A DNA stretch of 60,516 nt, the filler included, from Sphacelaria rigidula (taxonomy: Eukaryota), in assembly GCA_964200075.2 (NCBI GenBank). It is 3 parts of 3 records of this genome, joined end to end, with 100 filler letters (N's around TTAATTAATTAA, not from the genome) between each part and the next. Parts side by side here need not be neighbours in the genome. Positions count along the whole stretch, not along the records: positions 20,218 to 40,322 come from CAXNAA020000568.1; positions 40,423 to 60,516 come from CAXNAA020000569.1; 1 more part is not named here. The stretch is one strand, 5' to 3'. Below, in pieces: positions 37,481-49,276 of the stretch (position 1 is the first letter of the stretch; each line of letters starts with the position of its first letter). The notes below the pieces were generated by a model, which saw only the letters and a list, made by a program, of their open reading frames with translations, was not told the DNA's origin and did no database searches. A program made the position numbers and the translations under genes.

Positions 37481-40322
37481 TTCGGCCTCATGGAGGGGCA
37501 GAGTGACATCGGGAAAGACCTCGAGTTCGACCATTCCTTGGGAAGTTCTAATGAAGAGGTATTTAGCCCTCTGCGCCATCTAGGATTTTCAGTCTCGCTG
37601 GTGATATCTTCGCTAAACAATGACGAGTGTTTCTTGCGAGAGGGTTGGGGCATGTCCTTGGATGTGTGGAAGAGCTCGAGGAACAGACTGGCGGGTGACA
37701 GCACTCGAGATGAACAGAGGGTCGGTTATTGTGTAACAACTTGTTTTTCCCCGTCAAGAAGTAAGACCGTGTTGGCATAATTTTTAGGATGGTCAGCATG
37801 CTTTTTCAATTACATGTAAAAGGTTTCGCCCTTGCGCAATTTTCCCGCCATTGTGTCTCGCTTGCTTGTCAAGAAATCGCACGCTGTAAGCGCTGATCGC
37901 CGGCGATCAGGCTGAGAAGCAGCGCAGACTTGTCTGTTGATGGGAACGATGCCGCACTGGCCGTGCTGTCGCATGGTTGCTGACCGAAAAGTAAATAATT
38001 CTTCCTACTGCGGACATGTCGTGGTCTGATCACGAGGTGATACTGCCGTCACTCTCAAAGCACACGCCCGGCCCGGGGTGACACGAGGTCAGCGGCTGGC
38101 CACATTGTGAACAATCGCAGTCGAGAGGAATGACACCTGATCGCTTGAGTAACAGACCATCGAGTCCGATAAGCACTGCATCGCAAGGCCATGCAGGGAC
38201 TCACTTTCACGTGCAGGAGAGGTCCTCTTAACTCGCTTGCAAGCGAGATGGCTCCAAGTGGTGGCTGATAGCTGTTTTTAATTAGTCTTAGCTAGGCAGC
38301 TAAACGAGAGTTGCTGGGTGCTAAAAGTTGTGTGGGCGGTGAGCTCCGCTCAAGGACGCCCAATTGGAATACAACACCAATATGCGAATGGAATAAGACC
38401 TACTGCACTTGCCACGCGTACTGCAAAACGCTCACTAAACATACAGTCGATATCCGCCGTAACATCCTCCCTTGCTTCGTGCCCGCCGCTAATGGAAGGT
38501 AGGGACAGTCACAGCTTAATGCACTCCGGGGGAACTTCCTGTACTGTGTATGCCATCAGCCTAAGATCACGGTAGCGACGAGAAGACCGCAGAACTTCGG
38601 GGCTAAGATCAACCGCGGCAAAACTCGTCATGAAATTGGAAGGATGGACAAAACCTGGTTTTCAGGGAAGAGCCTCATCGCTTGTGGAAAAAATCTCTCA
38701 CGCCCTTTCGGATCACAGCGAGTGCCCTCGCATGTGCTATGTCGTCCCGGGATCCCAGTTACACTGGGAACAGAAACCACGGAGAATAATCGGTGACTAT
38801 TTTCCGATGGTACCGGCGCCGAGACACCCTTGATTAATTTACAATCCCGGGTAGTGTAGGACTCGCACAAAGAGATGGCACACTTTAAAAACCCCAAAGC
38901 GCTTACTGGTAAATGGGAGTGCGTATGCTTTTCTCTCAACGACCAGCAGCAACTGACCTACTGGACACAGGGGGACTTCCATATCTTGGATCAACATTTG
39001 CGTCATGGTACAGTGTCCAAGCAGGTACTCAGTGCCCACCCTTGTACCATGTTCCCTCCACGACATGACGTGCTCTACTCGAAATGGATAGGTCACCCTA
39101 TAATCGTATCAACGTTCTTCGAGGACGAAGGAACGTGATGAACGAACCGGGTACGTGAGACGAAGGGTGGAATTAGGTCTGGGAAAACCAAGAAATTAAT
39201 CTCCATGGAATGCAATGCCGGGAAAAGACTAGAAAGGACCTATCACGTCAGTAACACGAAAAAATCAGCATGGGACATGAAAACAGTCAAAAACATGGGA
39301 CTGACACGAGAAAAAGGATCAGGTCCTACAAAATAAAAAGACACCGAAACGGGATAAGGAAGAACGAACAGAATCCAGACTGGAAATGACCAAACAGAGG
39401 TGAAAAGGATGAGGCCCTGAGGAGAAAGCCAAGCCCTGAGGAGGTAGTTCTGCTCCGAAGAAACGAGACAAACATATCGCGAAGGCACCCCCCCCCCGAA
39501 AACAATCAAGATCAAACGTTGTAAGGTGGGAAAATAAAGCCGGGAACGATACGTCATATATAACAGCGGATCATCTATGTTGAGGATGGTGCTCTTGTTG
39601 AGGATGAACGACATGTGAAATTGTATCCTGGAGGTGCAAAAGTATTTTCCCTCGGAAATGATTTTGTAGTTGGAGGGAGCACCACGGCGATATTATTCCG
39701 GTGTGTCGTCGAGGATGATGCCGCGAGGAGCACCCATCTGTGTGCGTGAATTGTGAGCAATAGCAACAGTAACGATGATGAGCGCAGATGCTTTTTCTTA
39801 GGTACGAAGCCACGATCTACTGCATACATGTATTTGCAGTACGACATTTCGTCCCTCGCTTCGTTCTTTTGTTTTTGTTTGTCCAGGGAGCACTGCCCGT
39901 CGCTTCGTCTCACAATATATGGGCATGATTCATCGTAGGTTGGGGAGTATGTTCTTCTCTCTACACATTTCACCTAAAACGTGATGGCCTCCTCATCCTC
40001 AACACCATCTCCACCACCCCACTGCCACATGGAAGAACAAGATCAAGTACTCATACGGAGTAAACATACAGAGTGCCTGCTTGAAAACAAGCAAGACGGC
40101 GGGGCTACCGTAACTTCTACCTACGACGGGCCCGAAAGTGTGCAGCGGTCGACCGAACTTCAGCGTTTTGCTGGATGTAGTGTGTGCCAGGGTGCGGTCT
40201 CTTCCGCACCCCTGTATTTACACTTCCTTTGTCCGCGTCAAGTGCGGGCCCCTCCCTTCTACTTGCCCCTTCACCGGTGGACGCTCCTCCTCCCTCTACC
40301 TCCCCACCTCCCCCTCGACTGC

Positions 40323-40422
40323 NNNNNNNNNNNNNNNNNNNNNNNNNNNNNNNNNNNNNNNNNNNNTTAATTAATTAANNNNNNNNNNNNNNNNNNNNNN
40401 NNNNNNNNNNNNNNNNNNNNNN
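40323..40422. other. Scaffold gap with artificial TTAATTAATTAA linker
   Basis: N44-TTAATTAATTAA-N44 = 100 bp. Confidence 0.95.
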
Positions 40423-40476
40423 CGCGCCCGCATATACTGAAAGGTGTAGACCGGCGCCCAGAATAGATGGGACGAC

Positions 40477-40514
<38 letters not shown>

Positions 40515-40650
40515 AGCCGGGGTCACGCAGGAGGAAGGCCAACACCAGATCCTTTTCTATTTTATATGTTTTTAGTACCCCACCCTTCTCTTGCGGTACT
40601 TGCCATTATTCTTTATCGCGAGAGGGGTTCAGCAGTCCCTTTCCCTCGTC
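40423..40650. mobile_element. SINE family A fragments in opposite orientations joined by (CA)n
   Basis: GGTGTAGACCGGCGCCCAGAATAGATGGGACGACAAC(AC)n matches 4842-4890 on the + strand. 40513-40650 (CCAGCCGGGGTCACGCAGGAG...TTCAGCAGTCCCTTTCCCTCGTC) is the reverse complement of about 4681-4817. Confidence 0.72.
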
Positions 40651-42576
40651 TACAGTGTCCACCTCTCGAGATAGAAAATATCCTTGTATGTAATCACAAG
40701 GTGATCATAATAATAGTCGAATTTGATGAGAGTAGTCCATCTCAAACGGAAACACTTTTTTCAAGTGAAATCTAAGGGCTTCGACAGCGAGAAGGGTCAT
40801 CTGTTAGATCGACACCAATTCGCTTGATAAAAGTACGTGTGCATGATCCAGAGAAGCCGTTCTATCACGCAGCAGTTGTTCCTTCCACGCTGGCCATCCG
40901 ATGCGGACGCCTCCCGTGGTCACAGATCAACCAAGCAAAACTCGAAGGTAATACGTAGGACAACAACAGTGTCGTCACCCAAAATGATGCCGATCCAACC
41001 GATGAATGGACACATACCCCTGGGCGATTCTTTTTGCGCAGACGTACTTATTTGTTGAATCGGCATCATTTCCAAGAGTGTGCCTAGCCCAAAAGGTCGA
41101 CCAGCACGAACCAGAGGCGAAGGACATAAAGTGGACAATCACCCGACATGTCACTTTGTTCCGAAATTGCGATCATTGATTCAAATTGGTCGTTACAACA
41201 AAGGTATGTCCGACTATTGTTCCAAAAGTAAAGTCACGTCAAAACCTGTGTTCATCCTCTATTTTTACCAGATTTTCTATTCATTTTTGCAAGTAAACGG
41301 TAATTGTAAAAGTGAAAAAACGAGCTGATATGGTGAATATAATTTCCTGAATACAGTGATACTTTTCATTTCCAAGTAAAAAAACAGGATGCCCGTGACG
41401 ACCATGTCCGACTATCAATGACTGTCGCATTAGTCATCATCACCAGTGATCGCAAAATAATCAAGCACGCGGGCTTCCCGCCAACGTACGACATACAAGA
41501 CCGACGACCCGCCTGGCTGCCCGAAGAAGGGCAGTAACGTTCCTTGGAAACACGCAACAGACTGAACCGATTGAAGACGCGGGCCGCCTCCAGCTGCCAG
41601 CCGTGTCTCTACGAACTCCTATCATCCAGTCGGAAAACAAGTCGTCCGTGGATTCATCATTCCTGTAAACTACCGAGTAGACCGTGGCCTGTGCAGCTTC
41701 TGCTGAGGTGGGTAGGTGTGCGCCTTGTTGGTGGAGGAATATGATCATGCGGCTTTCCCGAGCTGCACCTTAATTTGGTACTGCCGTAGCGTTGATCACC
41801 TTCATCATCTATCAGAGAGCAGGGTCGTCATATGGGTACAGACAGTCGCGCGCACACCCCCTTGTACGTGAAGGGCGAACGCACGCCTCTTCAGCTCTGC
41901 CTTCCGTTTCAATTTTTTCCCCAGTGCGTTTGGTATAACGGCCTCTCTCTGTGCAGTAGAGCACCCTCCATGATCGTGCACATGTTTCACCGGGCAGAGG
42001 GCCGTGCCGGTTTGGCAAGCAGAGGGGCTAGAGTCATGAATTCGCTCGAGGCATCGTGCATGAAGTGATGGCCAGCACAGTGTCTCGCATTTTCTATTAT
42101 CGTGCGTCCCTACTCCTGCACTGTTTTTCTCGTTCAGCTGTCCTTTTTTGTTACCGCACCTGACACCTCTAACCTGTCACAGGTTGTGAGTTGTGACTGG
42201 GAGTTTGCAAGGTATCCAACACTTCGTGCATACCAGAACAATAATAATATATCCATCGTACGCCCCAAAAATCAACCAGCGTACTGTCCCGATACCACAT
42301 CATTATCATCTCCAAACCCGTTGGAAATCGACACCGGGCACCAGTGGGGTGACACTTCTTACTTCCCACTCCTGTCAGCTTCCCTCCTTGTCCTGACGTG
42401 AGTTGATGGTGATTCTAAAAATTCGACTTGCAAACGCTGAATACTCCCCCTTCGCTCTGAACCGGCCGTTGCCTGGTGTCAAACTCGCGTGGATCCTTGG
42501 CTTTTTCTGAACTCCAGCTGCTGGCTCTTGTGATTTCGGCGTTCTTCGGGTACCGTCACGTCTAAAACGTAGAATC

Positions 42577-45500
42577 ATGCTTAGCCGCAAGCAGAAATGG
42601 AGGAGGGTAAATAATAACAGCAACAGGCGTGCTCGCCGTCTCAAAGCCGGAAACAACAACAGTAGCATAGCGCCGCCATCGCTGGATAAGAAAGCAGGGT
42701 CTGATCATGATGAGACTTGCACAGCTTCTACGAGTTGGTCCAGCTTCGACTCGGACGGATCCAACATGGACGACGTCGTGGAGCTTCAAAGTGTGGACGA
42801 TTACGATGAAATTGACTTGGCGCCTCCTGGACTGCAAACGTCCCCCGAGGACTGTCGGCCCCTGCCGGCTGATGGTCATGGTAGTGGGAGCTCCAAGGGA
42901 GTAACCTTCGAGCCTCGGGTGCAAGTGTTTTTGGTTACCCACAAGAGCGAGTTGGACACAAGGTGAGGGAGAGGGAGAAACAAGTTCAAAACCTTGATTC
43001 TTTTTTTGCACCGTTCACGTCTTAGCCTTTCGAGTCTCGGATAGGTGCTGTTCTCCGACCCTGAGGTTAACCTTATGAACAAGAATATTTCGTGCCCTGT
43101 ACGTGAAGACATGTGCTGATAGAACAGCTTCGAGTTACCTTCAACATTCCGCCTTCGGAATGACAACGGATCGAGGCGACGCGAGCGTTTATCACGTAAT
43201 CTATTTCTAACACCATGACGTTGACTCTGATACATGTGTGGTCTTGAAACAAGGAGTGCTTGCACGCTCAATCCCCATGGGATGCAAGTCGTCATAGTCG
43301 GGAGACTCGCGGTGTTTGAATTCGAAGATGCAAGAAGAAAATTGAAAAGTTGGGTGCATTGACGCGAGGCGGTAACTGAAATACGACTCAATTTCGCGCT
43401 TGTTCGAAACTACTTATGCAGTCGAGCAAACGTTTCTTGTCGGTGCGCTGGAAGCAACGAGAATATCCGGTATACTTTGCTTCTCTCCTAATCATGCGCT
43501 CGGATCTCGTGCTCGCTGTCATCAGACCTGCTACCGTGTACTTGGAAGTGTCGAAACATGGCACTACAAAAAACAACAAACGAAAAATGCGGCGTTTTTT
43601 TTCATGATTTACTGTAATTCTAAAGCTATGGTACTCTCACTGACAACAACTGAACCACAGACTGTACTGAACTGACTGTGGATCTCGTTCCTGCTCCTGT
43701 GACCACAGTGCTGTCACGATGATGCCCGGCGGCCTATACGTGGCCGAGAGTTCCGAAGGACCTACTTGAATCTGCCGCTTCAACTGCTCGGTCAGAGTGC
43801 GAGTAGCGTTGGTATGCGGTGTGCATGATACTGCATGAGACTAGTACTACAGGGTAAGGTCATGTTTCGTCGCTTCCTTTAACCAGGCGAGCTGTTTATC
43901 CCCCAAGGACATTCGGAGTCCTGCCTCCGTTGTCTTCCGTGTTCTACATCTGCTCGGAATATACCATCGTGACTTGTTCCGCACCATTCTCTCTGTTGAG
44001 CTTGTTTTTATCGAGGGTTACTGTCATGTGTTTACGCCCGTAAAGGTACAGTATGTGTTCCCTTCGCCCCTGTGGTGTGCAGCTTGCCGAGTCCGAATCC
44101 TCTTGGCTGCTGAGGCGTTTCGGTGTTGAGGCGAGCAGCTTCCCGCCCTTGGAGAGACCGAGCGCACACCTTTTTTAACGGACCAAGTTCTCTGTCGAAC
44201 CGCTTTTTTATCAACATTGCCCCCACACCCCCGCCCAAGCCCCCGCCTTCGGAACATGCCGAAATGGTTGATCGTATTCTTCTAATTCTAAGACCACTTC
44301 TTCTCCCGTGTACCACGTCCCTCCAAGAGCCTCGCTGAAAGAATGAGCTATTATATTTCCCTGACAACGTGGTTTCGACAGTTCACTGTTCCCCGTTCAG
44401 TGGCTGCATTCCAAATCCGAAAGACACTCATGACAGCCAGTGTGGACACCCGCCCGCCAGCCTCCGCTAAACTAATGTTGTTCCTTCAAAGCTACGTTGA
44501 TATCCGGTCCATGGACTGAACATTGCCTTCATGTGTGAACCTTCATGCTTTACCTCCTTATGTGTGACTATGACATATCGCATACCAGGTACGACACCGT
44601 GTGGCTGTATCATGATCAATCTTCTTCATTCGCTCCTCCGAAAGTGATCGTGTCTGTATTACTCTGCTGCATGTCTTGTAATTCCGCATGTCTTGTGACG
44701 CATCATGATGCGTACGCACACGATATACAGGCGTAACTAATGTCGTCGGATGCGAGCATGTGCGCATGTGCTTCCTGTGTCGCACTGGTGCTTCACCGCA
44801 TATATTTCGTACCACCTGCACTGTTGTGCAGCCGCTATGCAACACCTCACTTATGAAACGTTTCGTGCAGCATGCGGCTGTGTCTTTGAAGTTAGGCGTT
44901 CATGATAAATTAAACGGTACCCGACCGCATTGGCGGACAATTCAACCAGATGGGGCGGCAAAAGCACCTGCGAGAAAAACTCTCGATGTCGGGAGGATGC
45001 CTCACACCAAAAAAAAGTTTTCCTGCACCCGCCGGTACCCCCAACTTTTGACCTGACGGCAAGTTCGGAAGGGGTGTACACTGAACGCAAGTATTTTGTC
45101 CGCCGGAAGGGACTGGGGCTCTTGAACGAAAAATAGTCTTGGCGAGGGGAATGTCGTTTCTTGAATCGGGTTACGTACTTGTAGGATTTTTGGCAGATGG
45201 TCCAGATCGACCGCGAGTCGGAAAGATGCCGTCGCATCCCTACGGAGTTTCAAGTAGTTTTCGGTCGACGTGGCAAAACGCTTGTGCAATAATACCAGGG
45301 AAGGTGGGATTAATGAGGCCACTGAGTTCCGGAGTTAGTATGCTTCCTGTCGAAGTGATCTAGGAGAAGATTATTTGATGCCATAAGTTGTTCCACGTAC
45401 ACTGGGTAACGCCTGCGGGTTGTTATCCAGTTGCTCTCGGAGGACCTTGACTGGCTTCTGTGAACGCCAAAAACATTAACTGAGTGCAGGAGGGGGGCGG

Positions 45501-48500
45501 GGTGGGAGGTCCCGGAGCTTGAGATGAATTGCTCCCTTCGATGCCCAAGGAGTCTTCAATTAATTCCTCCCGAGAAAATTTATAGAAGTGGTTTCAGGGG
45601 AGCTTTCTTGTTTCAAACTGGATGTGCCTGAGTAACGCGGAGTCGTCATTGGAGCAAGAAAATAACCTAGCAGAAGACTGTTGACTGATCGCTGTGATTT
45701 CACCCCACCCACTAGAAAACGCGTCGACTTTTTTTTTTCAAAGGGAGGGGTGGTGGGGGCGTACCGCCTCTTGCCGTCGATTTTTGTGTCTACTGTCTAC
45801 TGAAAAGCTTGCCTGTGTCTGGTGGAACCTGAATATCCACTCGAAAACAGTATGCGGCCATGTACATCAATTGTGTAATGGATAACTGCTCCGCCCTGAC
45901 TCGGTGGCTACTACCCTGTTCCTGTTTTCCGAGTACCATATTAGGTACTGTCCGTATCGATCACGAGGCGTGCATCGTGAAATAAATGACTTTCTTCCGA
46001 TTAACTTTCGGCTACCATCAAAATTGACGGTAACCGTTCAGCAGCTGAACGGAAGAGAGCGGGCAGCACGACGTGGTACGGTGACAATTGTGCAGTAGAA
46101 GTGAAACAGTGCATGCATGTCTCCCCCCGGTTGTCCAAAGTTCAGCACGGACGGCAGTCGAGCACAGTAATGCTTAGTCTAAACCCGTAAGTCAATTGAC
46201 CAGAAATGCCCCCGCGCACACAATGGTGAAATTCGCACCCTTGTCCCCCCTTCCCTCCCTCCGAGCAGAGCGAAACAAGCTCTGTGGTGGACTGGAAAAG
46301 ACGCCGCCATCAACAAACGAGCATGGCTCAACCATCTTGGTCAGCCCGGGTGCGGCCGGCAAAGTGTCATCTCACGTCCGCGCGCTCCCAGCGCAGACCT
46401 CGGCGCCAACGACGATGACATCGACTTGCTTCTGAAGTCGAGACTGATGCCCAGTCATGCCAGGGTAGGCGACGCATCCAGAGACCAGGAAAACAAGAAC
46501 CAATCGTGGGGACAGCACGAACAATATCAATACCAACAATATCAGATGCAGCATCATGTACAAGACCAGGAGCCGGTCGAATCTCCGGGCTTGGGGATCT
46601 TAGGGTGCCGATGCATGGCCTGCCAAACAGAGGGCGACGATCATGATCACTCCCCGCCTGCTTTCTCCACGCAAGAGTACATTGCGCACAGGGTGTCGGC
46701 GACTGCGGCTGCTGCTAACGGTGGCGGGGGCGGCAGGCGTGGGCGGGGACGTGGGATTACATATCCGCTTGATAACAGGTATGTGCGATCATGATCGTAA
46801 ATAGTGGCTGATGTTTCGCTTTGGATCTGTCGTGCGTGATGGTCATTTAACCTCTTGGCCTCGACAGTAGTCTATCCGGGCCATACCTCATTTTTGCAAG
46901 TGAAATTCAAATTTATATCAACGGATGACATCTGCTCGACGATAAAGGGTCAAGTGGTGATGACAAGGGAGGGTGTGTCACATCAGCACAGCAACAGTGC
47001 TGTGTGTGACAAGTTTTGTTGCGTCTTCCGCGTTCGTTGCGATTTATGCGGCAAGTTGGTACGAGAGTTCAATGTTCGAAGTTGTCACGTCGTGGTCGTG
47101 GTAAGCCTTTCGACAATATACATCTATCGACTGGTTGGTCATGTTGTATCGAGCGGTCTGGGTTGGTTGGTGTTAAGTTGAGCAGCACCGAATATCAACT
47201 ATCTCTTCGAATTCCAACTGTGAATTGCATGTTTTTGCGGATACAGGAAGACGTCGAGCTAAACATGGTATACTGCAAACCGATAACACGATCTTCGCAT
47301 CTGATGGGCCAAACATTTTTCTCGTTTGAGACGTGCGAATAGTTTAGTCCAGCCTGAGATTTGGTCTTTTACATGTACATACGGAAGGGTCGTGCGCCAT
47401 CAGGTGGTGTCAGGGGTCATCTCGGAACAAAAATCCGAGTCGCAAGTTCTGTCCTTTGAAAAAATAATGCAACAACTGTTGGGACTACCAGTGCGGAGTA
47501 AAACACTGGCGTGTGTAAGCTGGGTATCGTCTGGCGAGTTGGTCCTTGCGCTCCCTCGCTGTTGATGTTGAAGTTTGCCGTTGCAGCCCGGAGGGGCCAC
47601 TGTCGGCAATTGTCGGCGTTGTCCGAACAAAAATCCCGGAAGTGGCAATATTTTGTTTTTTTCCAACTGTTGTAGATGAAAAATTTAATTGTAGGAACTA
47701 AATTTGGTTGGTGAGAGTTGTGCACTCTGGTTAATGGCGGACGAGGAAGTCTGTAGCCGTAATATTGAAGAAATTCGAAAATTGTTGACGGGAAATTGTC
47801 GTGCGTAATCGTTTCTAGAGAACCTCGAGCTTTGACGTTTGAGATGCCAAAAGTTCCTCAGCAAAATAAATGAACCCTTCTCGGTTAACTATCCATCAAA
47901 CGGATTTCCCCCCCCTCACCAATCTGGTTGCACTTCAGACGATTTTCCTCTGATACCATCCAAGATAACCCTTGGACCGCGAGGGGTAGCAAGTGAAGTT
48001 GACGATGATTCAACAGATCACCTATAATACTCTTTCCGTCTAAGGGTCAACTATCTGTACCATTCTCCCAGGCGTGTGAACCCCATATCACGTTAAACCC
48101 CGGATCCTCTACTCATGAACGATACCGCCCAGCATGAGTTTCACGTCGTGGTCGTTGAGCATATTTTTATTCGGGCTGGTGTGCTGCATGTGCTTCAAAG
48201 TTACTACAGTACAGTAGCCGACTTGACATACGAGTTGAAAATGCTGTGGATTCGCTAGAGTATCTTTATTGTTCGATTTCAACGTAAATTTCTCGTCAGC
48301 GTCTAGGGCCGTTCCTTATAGCAGACATGAATATTTACCTGGACATGTGGTTTTTGGGAGCTCGTGAGTCGTTATACGCCCTATGAGAGATCTAGGCGGA
48401 CTTCGACACCTTGGAATGCCTTGCTGTACTCGTTGAGACGGTTCCGGCACACCTGTGCGCTCTTCCGATGGCCGCAGTAATTTTTTGGGCCAGACTTGTT

Positions 48501-49276
48501 TCGGAGATCGCTCATTTTTGTCGGAGACCGGTCAAGTCCACATGAATTCGCAGAGTTTTTCTGCGCTCGACCGGTCTCCGAGAAGAATAATGACCTGGGC
48601 AAGAAAATAACTGCGGCCACCGGAAAACGCGCAGGTCTGGTATAATCGTCTCAACGGGGTGTACGGCAAGGCATTTCAAGGTGTCAAAATCCGCCTAGCT
48701 CTCTTATAGGGCGTAAAACGGCAGATCAACATAGAAACTCCAAAAAGCCATTTTTTTCAGATTGACATACTCCTGTCTGCCATAAGAAGCGACCTAAGGA
48801 TATCGACGTACTCGTGGCGAGCTTTTGGATGAACAATCGTTTGACGCGGATATTAAGATTGATGGCATCGGACGCCGTACAGTAGAGGACATGAGCCCCT
48901 TCAGGTGAGGGGTGCACTCACTGCATTGGTCTCTAATTGAATGCGTCCTCTGTACCACTCGCCATGTACCTCGCCTGATGCCACTGTTATCGTTGCCAGG
49001 TACTTCTACGCTGGTTCCTCGACGGGATACGGCTCGGGGAGCAATAATAGCAAGAGTTGGCCCTCAGAAACGTACGGTTTGCGACAAGACGTTGCGAAAT
49101 CTAGGGAAGGGTGGAGGGGGCGGGACTTAAACGGAGGCGGGAGCATGGGATATCGGAGGCGTCACGATTCCGAGGAGTTGGGCTTCAGGTCGTTCTCGCC
49201 GGCGTCTCAGAGTACCAGCCCTCTTCATGATACTGATGACGACGTGTTCTCGAATTCGTACTTCTGGGACCGATGA
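42577..49276 (+). CDS. Uncharacterised low-complexity protein with RVxF-like PP1-docking motif; at least 3 exons, about 390 aa
   Basis: join(42577..42962,46269..46778,49000..49276) = 1173 nt, two phase-2 GT-AG introns (AG|GTGAGG, AG|GTATGT). The exon 1/2 junction reads KGVTFEPRVQVFLVTHKSELDTR-AKQALWWTGKD. It also has a basic N-terminus, an acidic/Ser-rich tract, a Gln-rich tract and GGRRGRGRG. The ATG follows a possible acceptor (GTAG|AATCATG), so an upstream exon may exist. Confidence 0.7.
48370..48720. mobile_element. Foldback/palindromic repeat family F, copy 1
   Basis: Left arm CGTTATACGCCCTATGAGAGATCTAGGCGGACTTCGACACCTTGGAATGCCTTGCTGTAC... mirrors right arm ...GTACGGCAAGGCATTTCAAGGTGTCAAAATCCGCCTAGCTCTCTTATAGGGCGTAAAACG. 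Confidence 0.8.
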
